54,654 nt of DNA from a virus (IMGVR_UViG_3300007541_000026:1-54654), one strand, 5' to 3'. Counted from the first letter of the stretch, positions 38,498 through 48,019 are shown. Made by a program: numbers and translations. The notes: generated by a model from the letters alone, not told the origin.

Positions 38498-38559
38498 GGT
38501 GTTCAGAGGCCCCCCGGACCCGGCGGAGGGGACCGGGCCCAGAGGGCAGGGGGGAAGTG

Positions 38560-39081
38560 CTACAGGAGGTCGTCCGTGTCGATCGCGCCGAACACGTCCT
38601 CGGCAGCGACCGCGCCGTCGAGGCGTGCGCCGTCACCGGCCTTCTGCACGTTGTCGAGGCCGATGCCGATGCCGCGGTTCCCGTCCGTGCTGTAGTAGAA
38701 CGCGTGGATCTGGAAGCGAACCAGAGCGCCGGGGTACAGCTCGTCCGCGACGTTCATGATCGGCTGGCGATCCGGGCCCACCACGCCGGGCTGGAAGTTG
38801 GACTTCGCCTCGAAGAACTTCGCGCCGTCGACGTACGGACCGCCGAGGTGCGACTTCTCCGCGCCGTCCCGCTGCATCGGGAGTCGGAGCGACTTCGGGT
38901 TGACGTCGGCCGGGACGAGCGTCTCGACCGCGGTCTGAATCAGACCCTCGATGACCGACACGTCCGTGCCGGGCGCGAAGACGATCGACGCGCTGAACTT
39001 GCCCTTCTCGTTCTTCGTGACGAGGGAGGGGAACGAAAGCGTTCCGACCGGGGTGATAACCTTGTTCGTTGCCTTTGCCAT
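38560..39081 (-). CDS. ssDNA-binding protein (DUF2815/gp2.5-like)
   Basis: LSFP.L, RDG.E, PGVV...., ELYPG, GN.GIG.GL.NVQK..DG..L; acidic tail. Confidence 0.9.
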   Translation of the reverse strand: MAKATNKVITPVGTLSFPSLVTKNEKGKFSASIVFAPGTDVSVIEGLIQTAVETLVPADVNPKSLRLPMQRDGAEKSHLGGPYVDGAKFFEAKSNFQPGVVGPDRQPIMNVADELYPGALVRFQIHAFYYSTDGNRGIGIGLDNVQKAGDGARLDGAVAAEDVFGAIDTDDLL

Positions 39082-39135
39082 TTCTTGTTTCTCCTTGTTC
39101 CGTTTCGGCTCGGATCATTCCGGCCGACTGTTTAT

Positions 39136-39164
39136 ATTATAGCACGCGCTCTCGGAAAGTTCTA
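39136..39164 (-). promoter_or_regulatory. Phage promoter consensus upstream of SSB
   Basis: Minus strand TAGAACTTTC-CGAGAGCG-CGTGCTATAAT; both blocks identical to 2147-2175. Confidence 0.88.
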
Positions 39165-40481
39165 TTCGATTTCCGAGAAAGCCGCTATCGCCGGTTCGAC
39201 GGCCTTCCGTCGATCCGACTCGGGCGCCAGTGTGAGGGCGCCTTCGGGCTTGACCGACAGCTCCTCCACTTGCTCCTTGGACAGCGCACCGGATTTCTCC
39301 ATCTGCGCCGGGGACTTAGGAGAAACGGTCACTCCGCCCTCGTACGTCCCCTCGTCCTTCAGGCGGCCGAGGACCGCGTCCTTGTCCGCCCACTGCCTGT
39401 GGGTCACTTTCCTCACCAGCTTGAACCCAGGGATCGCCTGCGTCTTGGCTGCGTGATCCGCCATCTCTTGTACGCGATCCGCCCAGATCTTCACGACCTT
39501 GCCGATCTTCAGTGCCGCTGCGAGTTGAGTCGGGTCCGACGGGTCGGGCAAGATCAGCTCTACGTCCGGGATGTCCTCGAACTTCAAGGTTTCGAGATCG
39601 TCCGCGAACGCTTCCTGAGCGGCCCTCAGCGCCTCCTTCTGCATCAGAGGGCAAACACCAGCCGCCGGGCAGAACTCGCACCAACTGCCGACCTTGTACT
39701 CCGCGAGCGCAGGCACCTGCGTCGCCTTCACTGCGACCTTGAGCACATCGTCCACCCAAGCGAGCGTGTGGGCGACCGAGTACTCGCAGTCCGAGATCCT
39801 CCGGCCATCTGCAAACTCACCCCTCGGCTGAACGATGACCAGCTTGACCGTGGCGCCACCGTGTGTCGGGAACTCCTCGATCGCGCCAGCAGCGTAGAAG
39901 AGAGCCTGCGGGTTGCCAAGCGCGGACACCAGACGGTGCCCATACTTGAAGTCGAGGACCCAGAGATTGCCGCTGCCGTGGTCGAACACGACGCAGTCTG
40001 ATGTCCCGAACACCCGGTCGTCGTCGAAGATCGGATAGCAGACCGTCTCGGGCCGGATGGACACCTCCCCGGTACACTCTTCGATCGCTTCGATGACATT
40101 CACAAGATAGAACCGGACGCCCTCTTCCATCTCCTCGTCGCACACGAACACGTTGCCCGCCAAGTCGACATCGCTTTCGCCCGCCAGTGGCTGGCCTGTG
40201 AAGGGATTGTTTCCAACCACTTCCCAGTCACGGCTCTCTACAAGCTGGGCGATCCGAGTCCCGACGAGGGGGATGTCCAGTACGTCCCGTCGAGCATCGC
40301 CCAGCTCGACGATCTTCTGGACGCCCAGGTCCGCAAGTCGGTGGGCCGATGACCCCTCTTCCGCGGCTCTGGACGATCGGTTCTGAAGCGGGGGCGGGAG
40401 CGTGGCGATCAGCGACGGGCTCATCGTGCAATTCGCCCAGCGGTGCATCGCCGACGCCCCGACCAGAGAGTGCCTAGCCAT
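39162..40481 (-). CDS. DUF2800 Cas4-like PD-(D/E)XK exonuclease
   Basis: HS..GAS..HRW.NC, A.EG..AH, GTSD, DFKYG, N.Q...YA.GA, IVQPR and C.FC.....C. Confidence 0.9.
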   Translation of the reverse strand: MARHSLVGASAMHRWANCTMSPSLIATLPPPLQNRSSRAAEEGSSAHRLADLGVQKIVELGDARRDVLDIPLVGTRIAQLVESRDWEVVGNNPFTGQPLAGESDVDLAGNVFVCDEEMEEGVRFYLVNVIEAIEECTGEVSIRPETVCYPIFDDDRVFGTSDCVVFDHGSGNLWVLDFKYGHRLVSALGNPQALFYAAGAIEEFPTHGGATVKLVIVQPRGEFADGRRISDCEYSVAHTLAWVDDVLKVAVKATQVPALAEYKVGSWCEFCPAAGVCPLMQKEALRAAQEAFADDLETLKFEDIPDVELILPDPSDPTQLAAALKIGKVVKIWADRVQEMADHAAKTQAIPGFKLVRKVTHRQWADKDAVLGRLKDEGTYEGGVTVSPKSPAQMEKSGALSKEQVEELSVKPEGALTLAPESDRRKAVEPAIAAFSEIE

Positions 40482-40782
40482 TTACGCACCTCTCCTCGAT
40501 CGCGTCGATCACCGCCCCGATCTTGTTCTCGGCCACCTCGGGCACCTTCTTCGCACCGAACTCCTTGAGCACGGCCTTGATGATGTCCTTGTTCTGGCTA
40601 CCGACGGCGGGCTCGACCCCCTTGATCTTGGCGTTGACCAGTGCGACCAGATCCTCCCGCTTCGCGGTGAACTGCTTCGGCGCCGGGCCCCGATCGACCT
40701 TCTTGATTCGGACCATCTCCGCGGCGATAGCCTCGGCCAGCTTCGCGATCGTGTCCTCTCCGATGTTGATCGTGATTTCCAT
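40474..40782 (-). CDS. Conserved hypothetical protein preceding DUF2800
   Basis: GGAG SD; L..FGAKK..EV motif; synteny. Confidence 0.7.
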   Translation of the reverse strand: MEITINIGEDTIAKLAEAIAAEMVRIKKVDRGPAPKQFTAKREDLVALVNAKIKGVEPAVGSQNKDIIKAVLKEFGAKKVPEVAENKIGAVIDAIEERCVNG

Positions 40783-40784
40783 GT

Positions 40785-41162
40785 CTACTCCCATTTGAAG
40801 TGGATGCCGAGCCTGTGAAGGTACGTCCCCCACACGCTCCGGCCTGCATCCACGCTTTTCCTAACCGCGTACATCGTACCACCGGTCTTCTCGGTCAGCT
40901 CCTTGAACGTGAACCCGGCGACCGCTTTCGACAAGTAGATCACCGCGTCGTCTCCCGATTCAAGGAACTCCGCGAATGCCCGCTTGAGGTCGAAGTTCAT
41001 GCACATATGGAGGTCGGCTTCACCCTTACTCCGGCTGCGCTGAACAGTGACCCCGAGCGGGTTCCCGCCCTCGTCGAACGTGCTGTACGCCTGCGCCGCG
41101 ACGTCTGACCCGTTGACCAGCTCGTACGCGACCACCGCCCACTCGTCTGTCGTTCGGATCAT
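40785..41162 (-). CDS. Putative HTH DNA-binding protein (sigma region-4-like)
   Basis: C-terminal G.TFKELTEK.G.T...VRK pattern. Confidence 0.5.
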   Translation of the reverse strand: MIRTTDEWAVVAYELVNGSDVAAQAYSTFDEGGNPLGVTVQRSRSKGEADLHMCMNFDLKRAFAEFLESGDDAVIYLSKAVAGFTFKELTEKTGGTMYAVRKSVDAGRSVWGTYLHRLGIHFKWE

Positions 41163-43309
41163 CGCTTCACGACCCCCTGTGTCGGCAGCCCGCCGACGTT
41201 CCGGCGGCCACCGCGCCAGCCCATCGGCTCTCCGACAGCTTGTACCGCCCGAGACAACCGACGAACGTCAGCCTGATCGGACTGGCCCGGAAGCTGCGAC
41301 AGCACGTTGAGCAGAAGCTCGTCGGTCGCCACGAAGTCCACGCCGTCCTTCTCCGCTTGGCTCAGGACCATCGCGAGTTTCGTCTCGATCGGGTCGTACA
41401 ACCGACGCTGTGACTGCTCTTCCGCCGCCACGCCCCACAAGGACTCGTCCAGCATCAGCGCCTGCTCGGTCGGGTTCGTTCGCCACATGCTCAGGGCCTG
41501 CGCCCAGATCTGATCCCGGTCATCCCGGATCTGCTCCAGAGCCACAAACTCGACCGCGATTGGAAGGAACCGTCGGTTCCCAGTGCTGTCGAGCAGGTAC
41601 TGAGCATCGTTCGTCGTACCGATGAACACGCACTGCCGCGGATACTCTTTCGCTTCTCGGGCGTAGGCGAACCGCGCCTTGTCAGACGTCCTAGACAGGA
41701 ACGCCTTGATCGAATCAATCTCTCCTTTCCTCATGACTGCCAGCTCCTCGACCTCGACGAGCCAGTGGCCTTGGATGGCCTGGATGACATCCTTGTTATT
41801 CAGATCGGCCTTGTTGGGCAGACCTTCGAGGGCGAACTCGCCTCCGAGGATCTGGATCAGGGTCGACTTGCCACATCCCTGAGTGCCCTCCAGCACGACC
41901 ATCGTGTCGAACTTGACTCCCGGCCGGTAGACTCGGCCGATCGCCGCCTTGAACATGACCTCCGCAACCGCCGTGGCGTACGGAGTCGGCTGGGTCCCGC
42001 AGTACCGAGTGAAGAACTCGGAGATGCGGTCATGCCCATCCCACTCCAGCTTGTTGAGGTAGTCCCGGATCGGGTGGAACTGGTTCTTGAGCGACAACGC
42101 GGAGATAGCCTCCGAGACCTGCTGGATGCTGGGCTCGAACCTATACTTTTCCGTGATCGCGGAGCGCACAGCGTGGAGTACATCGTCGTCAACGATGCCG
42201 GACACGCTCGTGTGGTGCTCCGTCAAGTCGCTCAGGTTCCCGTCGAGGTAGTTGGTGTCGGTCAGCAGATTCCTCCTGACTGTGATCCCCATGTCCTCAA
42301 TCGCCACCCTCACGTTGTAGACCGTCCTCTTCGGCCTGTTATTGCCATCCGCCTCGAACTTCGGCTTGAGTTTCTCAAGCTCAAGGGCCTTCGCGTCCTG
42401 TTCCGTCAGCCCGACGTCGAACGCCTCTTCAGGCCGCTCGCGGATCAGGTCTCCGTGGCCTCGGTCGATCACCTCCTTGAACAGCGTGCCCGCCGAGATC
42501 CCCGTCCCTTGGAATGAGTCCCAGCGGTCCCCGATCAGCTCTGCGTGGTCTGCATAGTCCTCGTCCTGTGTCGACCATGCGATGAACGCCTCCCGGCCCA
42601 AGCCCCCGGTCGCTGCGTGGCATGACATCGCCAAGCGGAGCCAGGATTCATTATCGTTGAACTCCGTCGGGTCGATCGTCGCCAGCATCTCTTCGAGTTG
42701 GTCGACGGTGATCTCCCGGTCGATCTTACTCGGGTCGACGTCAGGCTTCCGCAGCGCCGTCAGGAGCTTGACCGAGACCTCCGGTGTACTGCTCATCGCC
42801 CCAGAATCGGGCGTGGGCGAGTAGTACGTTCCGTTCGGATGCCTCGACCCCGAGGCGACGACCTGACGTCCCAACCCCTTGAACTCGACTCCGGGCAAGA
42901 CCTCCAGCTCGTTTCGCAGCTTGATGCCGACCCAGTCCGCGGGCACCCGCAGGTAAATATGAAGTCCGCCGGAGCCTGTGCTCACAATCGGAGCGCCGTC
43001 CGTGGTCATGCCGAACTCACCGCGGAGGAAGGCAATGGCCTCATCCAGAGACCGATCCATGTTCCGCGGGTCCATGTCGACCACGAGATCCCGATCGGTG
43101 AGCCGAAAGCCCAGATTGCAGCCCGCCTCGATCGCCGAGGTCAGTGCCGCCGAGGAGTACCCCTTGGTCCGCCAGTCGTTGTCTCTCGGGGACTTGCCGC
43201 GCTCGCGGTCACGATTGTCCCGGAAGTCCCAGCGATTCAGCGGGATCAACTGGTCGACCTTCTCGCCGTAAAACCCCAGATTCTCTTCCTTGAAGACAGC
43301 TCTCGTCAC
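41159..43309 (-). CDS. Primase-helicase (Prim-Pol + PriCT-2 + VapE/VirE-like ATPase)
   Basis: VVD.DPRN, TGSGG.HIY, W.S.Q...Y, HPIRDYL..L.WDG, G.QGCGKST, F.GTTN...YL.D.TGNRRF.P. Confidence 0.92.
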   Translation of the reverse strand: MTRAVFKEENLGFYGEKVDQLIPLNRWDFRDNRDRERGKSPRDNDWRTKGYSSAALTSAIEAGCNLGFRLTDRDLVVDMDPRNMDRSLDEAIAFLRGEFGMTTDGAPIVSTGSGGLHIYLRVPADWVGIKLRNELEVLPGVEFKGLGRQVVASGSRHPNGTYYSPTPDSGAMSSTPEVSVKLLTALRKPDVDPSKIDREITVDQLEEMLATIDPTEFNDNESWLRLAMSCHAATGGLGREAFIAWSTQDEDYADHAELIGDRWDSFQGTGISAGTLFKEVIDRGHGDLIRERPEEAFDVGLTEQDAKALELEKLKPKFEADGNNRPKRTVYNVRVAIEDMGITVRRNLLTDTNYLDGNLSDLTEHHTSVSGIVDDDVLHAVRSAITEKYRFEPSIQQVSEAISALSLKNQFHPIRDYLNKLEWDGHDRISEFFTRYCGTQPTPYATAVAEVMFKAAIGRVYRPGVKFDTMVVLEGTQGCGKSTLIQILGGEFALEGLPNKADLNNKDVIQAIQGHWLVEVEELAVMRKGEIDSIKAFLSRTSDKARFAYAREAKEYPRQCVFIGTTNDAQYLLDSTGNRRFLPIAVEFVALEQIRDDRDQIWAQALSMWRTNPTEQALMLDESLWGVAAEEQSQRRLYDPIETKLAMVLSQAEKDGVDFVATDELLLNVLSQLPGQSDQADVRRLSRAVQAVGEPMGWRGGRRNVGGLPTQGVVKR

Positions 43310-43332
43310 TATTTCCTCCTCTCGTTCAATAA

Positions 43333-43374
43333 GGGCTCACCATACATTATAGCATGGTGAGCCCCTATTTTCTA
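43333..43374 (-). promoter_or_regulatory. Phage promoter whose -10 box lies in the loop of an 11-bp inverted repeat
   Basis: Minus strand TAGAAAATAG-GGGCTCAC-CATGCTATAAT (43374-43346); IR GGGCTCACCAT/ATGGTGAGCCC (43333-43364). Confidence 0.8.
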
Positions 43375-43375
43375 T

Positions 43376-45037
43376 CTACGCGCGCCACTTCCCGTCGATG
43401 ATGGGGAGTAGCTGCCGTTTGCCGTTCGCGTGGATAACGCAGTGGCAGTGGAGCCAGCTCGACGGCCCATTCAAGTACTCCAGATCCATCCTCGAACTCG
43501 TCCCAACCTGCCAGCATCCGCCGACGATCCCAGGTGCGTGCGAGTGGCCGATGACCGTCTTCGCGCCGATCTTCGACAAGTTGTTCCGAGACCCACGCGA
43601 GCCATTCGGGCCGCTGTGTCCATGTTGGCTGACGTCGATGTCGTGGATCATAAAAGCGCGCTTGCCGCTCAGGAACTCGATGGACCCCTGCTGGCCGAAG
43701 TAGCCCTCTGCGTACGCCTCGAACGGGTTGACTGTCGAGACGCCCGTCTCGTGCCTCTCCGCTGACAGCAGCACCTTCACCATCAGCTCGTGGTAGAGCA
43801 GGGTGTTCTCGGGGGTGACCCCACGCTCGCCGCCCGCGAGCCATTGACTCAGGTGGTTGTTGTGGTTCGACGAGACAATCAGATTCGTGAAGTCACCGAC
43901 CGTCGTCTCCGCTATATGATCCAATGTGTCCTCGATCTCCTTCCGCAGATCGCCCCATCCGAAGAGGGCCTTGTTCCGCTGGATCAAGGCGTTCCCCTCG
44001 TGGTGGTGCGAGACGCTGTAGCAGTCCAGAACGTCGTGACGCACAACGTACTCTGGGCAACCGACTGCGACCATCGAGTCAGCATCCATGTAGGTGGCCG
44101 CCTTGACCTTCTGGTCGACGAACCACGCGTGCTCGTCCCCGGTCACCAGCGCCGACCACCGAGGCGCGTCGTTCGCGCCCGAGGCCGTGTACTGCCTGTC
44201 GATGTCGATGAATGACTCGCCGTCCCACGTAACCGACCGAAGGAACGTCCGGCTCTTGCGGTCCTGCTCGACGATGATCGCCGCCATCGAGTGATGGAAC
44301 TCCGCGAGGTTGCCCGACTTCGTCGTCGAGTAGTTCGGGACCGTGACCGCGCCCGTGCTGTAGAGGATCTTCGGGAGATTCTCATAGAGCGTCGCCACTG
44401 TCTTCATCGCCAACTGGGTCGCGCCGTAGATCCCGTGCTTCATCCCCGAACGAGCGTCGAGCCCGGTCAGCGGGTTGCCGCTCGTGGCCGCGATCCGCAC
44501 GTCCGGGATCACCACGTCCTTCAGCTCGATCTCATCGTCAACAAGGTACGCGGCCAGCGCCGGGTCCCACCACATGCCTTCCGGCACCTCGTGCTCGGGC
44601 ACGACGTTGCTCGTCGGGTTCTTGTAGCGAATCGGTCGGACGATGATCTCTGCCTTGTTCTCCGCAGCGTAGTTCTCCAGCGCCGCGAGGAACTCCGCGT
44701 CGACCGGGGTGTTATTCTGCGCCGCAGTCACGATCCAGCGCCGAGCCCTGCGAATCGCCTTGGCGCGCGAGCGCGTCAAGCTGTGGCACTCCAGGCGGTC
44801 GGCCACAGGCGGAGCCTCGGCCACCAGCACGCGCCGCTCCATCCCGTGCGCCTTCAGATGGCGCACCAGTGAAGGTTCGCTCGTGAAGGGGAAGCCGTGC
44901 TCCTGCTGGAGGCGATGTAGGAAATCGAGCACCGACGTCGGGTCTCCGGCCTTGCGGTCCTTGATGAACCGCAGAACCGTAGCCTGCGCCGCTTTGTTAT
45001 TGGCGAACCATTCCGCCATGCTTGAGCCTCGACTCAT
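43376..45037 (-). CDS. T5 A1-like metallophosphoesterase/nuclease
   Basis: 553 aa; VTAAQNNT.V...F...LE.Y, STGAVT..NY...K.G..A.FHH, GD.H, HD..D, SNH, QHGH.G.NGSRGS and GHSH motifs. Confidence 0.8.
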   Translation of the reverse strand: MSRGSSMAEWFANNKAAQATVLRFIKDRKAGDPTSVLDFLHRLQQEHGFPFTSEPSLVRHLKAHGMERRVLVAEAPPVADRLECHSLTRSRAKAIRRARRWIVTAAQNNTPVDAEFLAALENYAAENKAEIIVRPIRYKNPTSNVVPEHEVPEGMWWDPALAAYLVDDEIELKDVVIPDVRIAATSGNPLTGLDARSGMKHGIYGATQLAMKTVATLYENLPKILYSTGAVTVPNYSTTKSGNLAEFHHSMAAIIVEQDRKSRTFLRSVTWDGESFIDIDRQYTASGANDAPRWSALVTGDEHAWFVDQKVKAATYMDADSMVAVGCPEYVVRHDVLDCYSVSHHHEGNALIQRNKALFGWGDLRKEIEDTLDHIAETTVGDFTNLIVSSNHNNHLSQWLAGGERGVTPENTLLYHELMVKVLLSAERHETGVSTVNPFEAYAEGYFGQQGSIEFLSGKRAFMIHDIDVSQHGHSGPNGSRGSRNNLSKIGAKTVIGHSHAPGIVGGCWQVGTSSRMDLEYLNGPSSWLHCHCVIHANGKRQLLPIIDGKWRA

Positions 45038-45807
45038 CTCATATCCTCCTCCGTGAAGGGGTCATTCCAGATCATCCCCTGTTGGTTTGCTTGGGCCATG
45101 CCCCAATTCTCGGTGAAATCATGGTTCTGGAAGTTCGCATCGCTGAAGTCCGCCCCCACGAGTTCCGAGAACTCGAAGCAGCTCGACTCCGTTCTGGCAA
45201 ACCTACACCAAGACGACCGGAGGCTGCACCGCCGCACGACCAGTCCCGTGAACGCGGTCCGGCTCAGGACCGCCTCCGGTAGGTCGCATCTGTCGAACAG
45301 CACGTTCGTGCCCGCGGCCATTTCCAGAGAAATTCCGCCCATCTCGCACATCGTGAACTTCGCGTCTGACAGCAGCGACTCATCCGCCATCATCTGCGCC
45401 GCGGTGTTCGACATGATGCAGCTCCTGAATCTGGATCGGTGCAAGTTCGAGTACGACCAGTCCGACCCGACCATCACGCAGCCGATGAACGTGCAGCCCT
45501 TCGCTTCCGCTTCGGACAGGCACGAATCATGGAGGCCACAGGTCTCGAAGGTGGACTCCGAGAACTTCGCGCCCTTGGCTCGCAACCTCTGGAGGTTGCA
45601 ACTGTCGAAGTGGCACCGCGAGATCTCCGCCCCGTCCAGCCACGCGCCATAGAAGCTACAATCGAGGAATGTGACGTCCCGGATCTCGGCCCACCGCAGG
45701 TCCGCTCCATGGAAGTCATATCCGACTATCGTGATCCGCTCGGGCCACTCGCGCACCCCCGAGTCGAGGATCGCGTCGACCCGTCCTTTGTCGACAATCT
45801 CAGACAT
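45034..45807 (-). CDS. Pentapeptide repeat protein (divergent, Cys/Phe-rich repeats)
   Basis: GGAGG SD; A(D/N)L/F..C.F five-residue periodicity throughout. Confidence 0.85.
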   Translation of the reverse strand: MSEIVDKGRVDAILDSGVREWPERITIVGYDFHGADLRWAEIRDVTFLDCSFYGAWLDGAEISRCHFDSCNLQRLRAKGAKFSESTFETCGLHDSCLSEAEAKGCTFIGCVMVGSDWSYSNLHRSRFRSCIMSNTAAQMMADESLLSDAKFTMCEMGGISLEMAAGTNVLFDRCDLPEAVLSRTAFTGLVVRRCSLRSSWCRFARTESSCFEFSELVGADFSDANFQNHDFTENWGMAQANQQGMIWNDPFTEEDMR

Positions 45808-46184
45808 TTGGGCTCCTCCCTCCACTCCCACTTCTGCCCACGGTAGAAGCGGTACAGCTTGTTGTACTCATCTTTGCTCAGCGCCTTGTCTCGGCCCCTC
45901 GTGTAGAACCTTCGGAACGCTTTGATCTCCGTCACGCCCCTTTCCCGGGCGTACACGTTGACCCAGTGCTCCATCTCTCGGCTCAGCCGCTTCAGCACGC
46001 GATCGTTATCGACGCTCTCGACCATCCTCTGGTAGATCCCTTTCATCATTCCGAGCGGCACCTTCCACCTCGGGAAGGGGGGTTCGGGAGAGTCTTCGAG
46101 GGCTTTCCTCTTGACGTTCGCCAGAAGCACGGTTCCCGGTAGCAGCGGCGCGAGATGCGCGTATACCCGCCACCAGTAGTTCAC
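45726..46184 (-). CDS. Hypothetical basic protein
   Basis: GTG start just after the upstream stop; fills the gap between neighbours and overlaps the next gene. Confidence 0.5.
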   Translation of the reverse strand: MNYWWRVYAHLAPLLPGTVLLANVKRKALEDSPEPPFPRWKVPLGMMKGIYQRMVESVDNDRVLKRLSREMEHWVNVYARERGVTEIKAFRRFYTRGRDKALSKDEYNKLYRFYRGQKWEWREEPKCLRLSTKDGSTRSSTRGCASGPSGSR

Positions 46185-46186
46185 AG

Positions 46187-46579
46187 TCAGTACCCCCAAG
46201 CTGCCGTGTGTACGACGTCCCGGCAGAACTCGCGAGCGATGTGGTGTCCGTGGGCGGCCATCCGGCAGATCTCTGCGATCTCCGCAGCGCCTCCGTGGGG
46301 CAGGGTCGCGTAGGTGCCAAGAGACCACACGTTCTCCAGGGCGTTCCAGAGGTCGACTCCGAGGACGTCCTCACAGGCCGTGCCTCCGCCTTCGCTCTCG
46401 AAGCAGAGCGTCGCCATCTTACCTTCCTGCACGAGCTGTACTGCCACTTCCTCCGGGTCCGACTCGTCATAGTCGCCGATCACCTCGACGAGCGAATACT
46501 CATAGAGTGGTAGCGTGTCGCGGAGGCCCATCGCCACCATCACCGAGAAGATCTGCTTTTCCGTATCAGTTCGTTCCAT
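46187..46579 (-). CDS. Hypothetical protein
   Basis: AGGAGG upstream; acidic. Confidence 0.65.
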   Translation of the reverse strand: MERTDTEKQIFSVMVAMGLRDTLPLYEYSLVEVIGDYDESDPEEVAVQLVQEGKMATLCFESEGGGTACEDVLGVDLWNALENVWSLGTYATLPHGGAAEIAEICRMAAHGHHIAREFCRDVVHTAAWGY

Positions 46580-47003
46580 TTCCGTTGTCCTCCTTGTCCG
46601 TGTTGTAAGACCAGATGAAAGCGATCGAGATGAGCACCATACCAGTGCCCAGTGTGAACGCCATAAACTCCAGTGGTGAGGCCCTGTCGCCGACCAGCAT
46701 CCACAGGAAGATCCCGAACGGGGCTCCGCAGAGCAGGATCGATGGCATCACGCCGATCGTTTCCATACCCCGGTTGAGCAGGTAGAAGGGGATGGCGATG
46801 ACCAGCCCAATCGCGTGGCTGGCCGCCATCAGCCGGAAGTGGCGCCGGGCGCCCCGGACTGTCTTAAGTAGCTCCGAGTCGCCGGTCGCCTTGAGCGTCG
46901 GCCCCAGCTTTTTCATGATGCTGCTGCACTCCCGGGCACGCGCCCACGCGTCCTTCGCCGCAGCGTATCCATCGGCCATGATCTCGTTCGCAGTCTTGTC
47001 CAT
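46566..47003 (-). CDS. Membrane protein (3 C-terminal TM segments)
   Basis: AGGAGG SD; hydrophobic C-terminal half. Confidence 0.7.
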   Translation of the reverse strand: MDKTANEIMADGYAAAKDAWARARECSSIMKKLGPTLKATGDSELLKTVRGARRHFRLMAASHAIGLVIAIPFYLLNRGMETIGVMPSILLCGAPFGIFLWMLVGDRASPLEFMAFTLGTGMVLISIAFIWSYNTDKEDNGNGTN

Positions 47004-47004
47004 C

Positions 47005-47250
47005 TCACACCTCCTTCTTTCGCGGCACCGGCCGCTCATAATCCCCGCGCAGGCTCGCGGGCTGGGGGTCGACCCCAGGCTTCACGAACCGCACCGCGGT
47101 CTGGTTGTCAAAGGAAACCCGCTGCCCGCCATCGACCGTGATGATGGTCAGGACCTTGCCCTTCTTGACCTTGGTGGCCCGGTACCACGGACCATTCCAG
47201 TCCGAAGAAAAGATCATCCCCTTTTCGATCTCGACTGCGTGGCCCAGCAT
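47005..47250 (-). CDS. Small basic beta-barrel-like hypothetical protein
   Basis: TGATG coupling. Confidence 0.6.
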   Translation of the reverse strand: MLGHAVEIEKGMIFSSDWNGPWYRATKVKKGKVLTIITVDGGQRVSFDNQTAVRFVKPGVDPQPASLRGDYERPVPRKKEV

Positions 47251-47429
47251 CAGCGGAGCCCCGCCTGCGCTATCCGCATATCGTGGATGGTGGTCTCTAG
47301 GCGACTGTGAACCCGGTGCAGCTTGTGAAGCTCCGCCGTGAGCCCCTGCGTCGCAGCGCGCTCGATGTGCAGCTTCGTTTGATAGAGCAGGCGCTCCAGC
47401 TCCTCGGCAACTCGTTCAGCGTGATTCAC
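47250..47429 (-). CDS. Small helical hypothetical protein
   Basis: GAGGAG SD with GTG start. Confidence 0.55.
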   Translation of the reverse strand: MNHAERVAEELERLLYQTKLHIERAATQGLTAELHKLHRVHSRLETTIHDMRIAQAGLR

Positions 47430-47619
47430 CGTTCGTCTCTCCTCTGATCGCCCGCAGTCTATCATCGAGGCTCGGCTTGTATCCGGGACGCAGCCCGTCG
47501 TTCCAGTCAGCGGTCACGTAGCCCTTCGCGGACAGCATGGCCTTCAGCCCATCATCGTTCTTTTTCTCGCTCGTGAACCGCACCCAGCCGCCCGCGAGGT
47601 ACGCCCAGACTCTGCCCAT
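47416..47619 (-). CDS. Hypothetical protein
   Basis: GAGGAGG SD directly after promoter. Confidence 0.65.
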   Translation of the reverse strand: MGRVWAYLAGGWVRFTSEKKNDDGLKAMLSAKGYVTADWNDGLRPGYKPSLDDRLRAIRGETNGESR

Positions 47620-47637
47620 GTTGTCCTCCTCTCTTAC

Positions 47638-47666
47638 ATTATAGCACGGAGGCTATTGTGATTCTA
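47638..47666 (-). promoter_or_regulatory. Phage promoter consensus
   Basis: Minus strand TAGAATCACA-ATAGCCTC-CGTGCTATAAT. Confidence 0.85.
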
Positions 47667-47999
47667 GCCGAGGATCTCGGGCCAGTATTTGGCCTCCAAC
47701 CGCCGAGCCTCGGCCTCACCGTGGACCTCGGTCCAGAGGCGTACTACATGAGGCCGGTTCTGACGATCCACCTCGACCGTAAGCAAGCGGCGGTTTCGAT
47801 CGTGGAAACCATCTCCCACCGCAGAGCAGGTGTAGATGAACCCTCCGCCGTCAATCTCCTGATCTCCGCAAGTGCGGTGAATGAAACCCCGGACGCCCTC
47901 GGTGGTGGCGGGCACAATCTCGCGGAAAGGGTCATCGCCCCACCACAGCGTCAGCTCGTTTTCAGCAATGGGCTCGCAGTGAAGGATCTCGGTCTGCAT
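47664..47999 (-). CDS. Hypothetical protein
   Basis: AAGGAG SD. Confidence 0.65.
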   Translation of the reverse strand: MQTEILHCEPIAENELTLWWGDDPFREIVPATTEGVRGFIHRTCGDQEIDGGGFIYTCSAVGDGFHDRNRRLLTVEVDRQNRPHVVRLWTEVHGEAEARRLEAKYWPEILG

Positions 48000-48019
48000 G
48001 GTCTCGGTTCTCCTTGTCC

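Noticed and set aside
34060-39456. Long + strand ORFs (424, 340 and 519 aa) antisense to nrdJ, polA and SSB
   Set aside because: These are shadow ORFs expected from high-GC3 codon usage; they have no SD or motifs.
39162-40481. Cas4 as evidence of a CRISPR system
   Set aside because: It is the standard DUF2800 nuclease in the DUF2800-SSB-PolA phage replication block.
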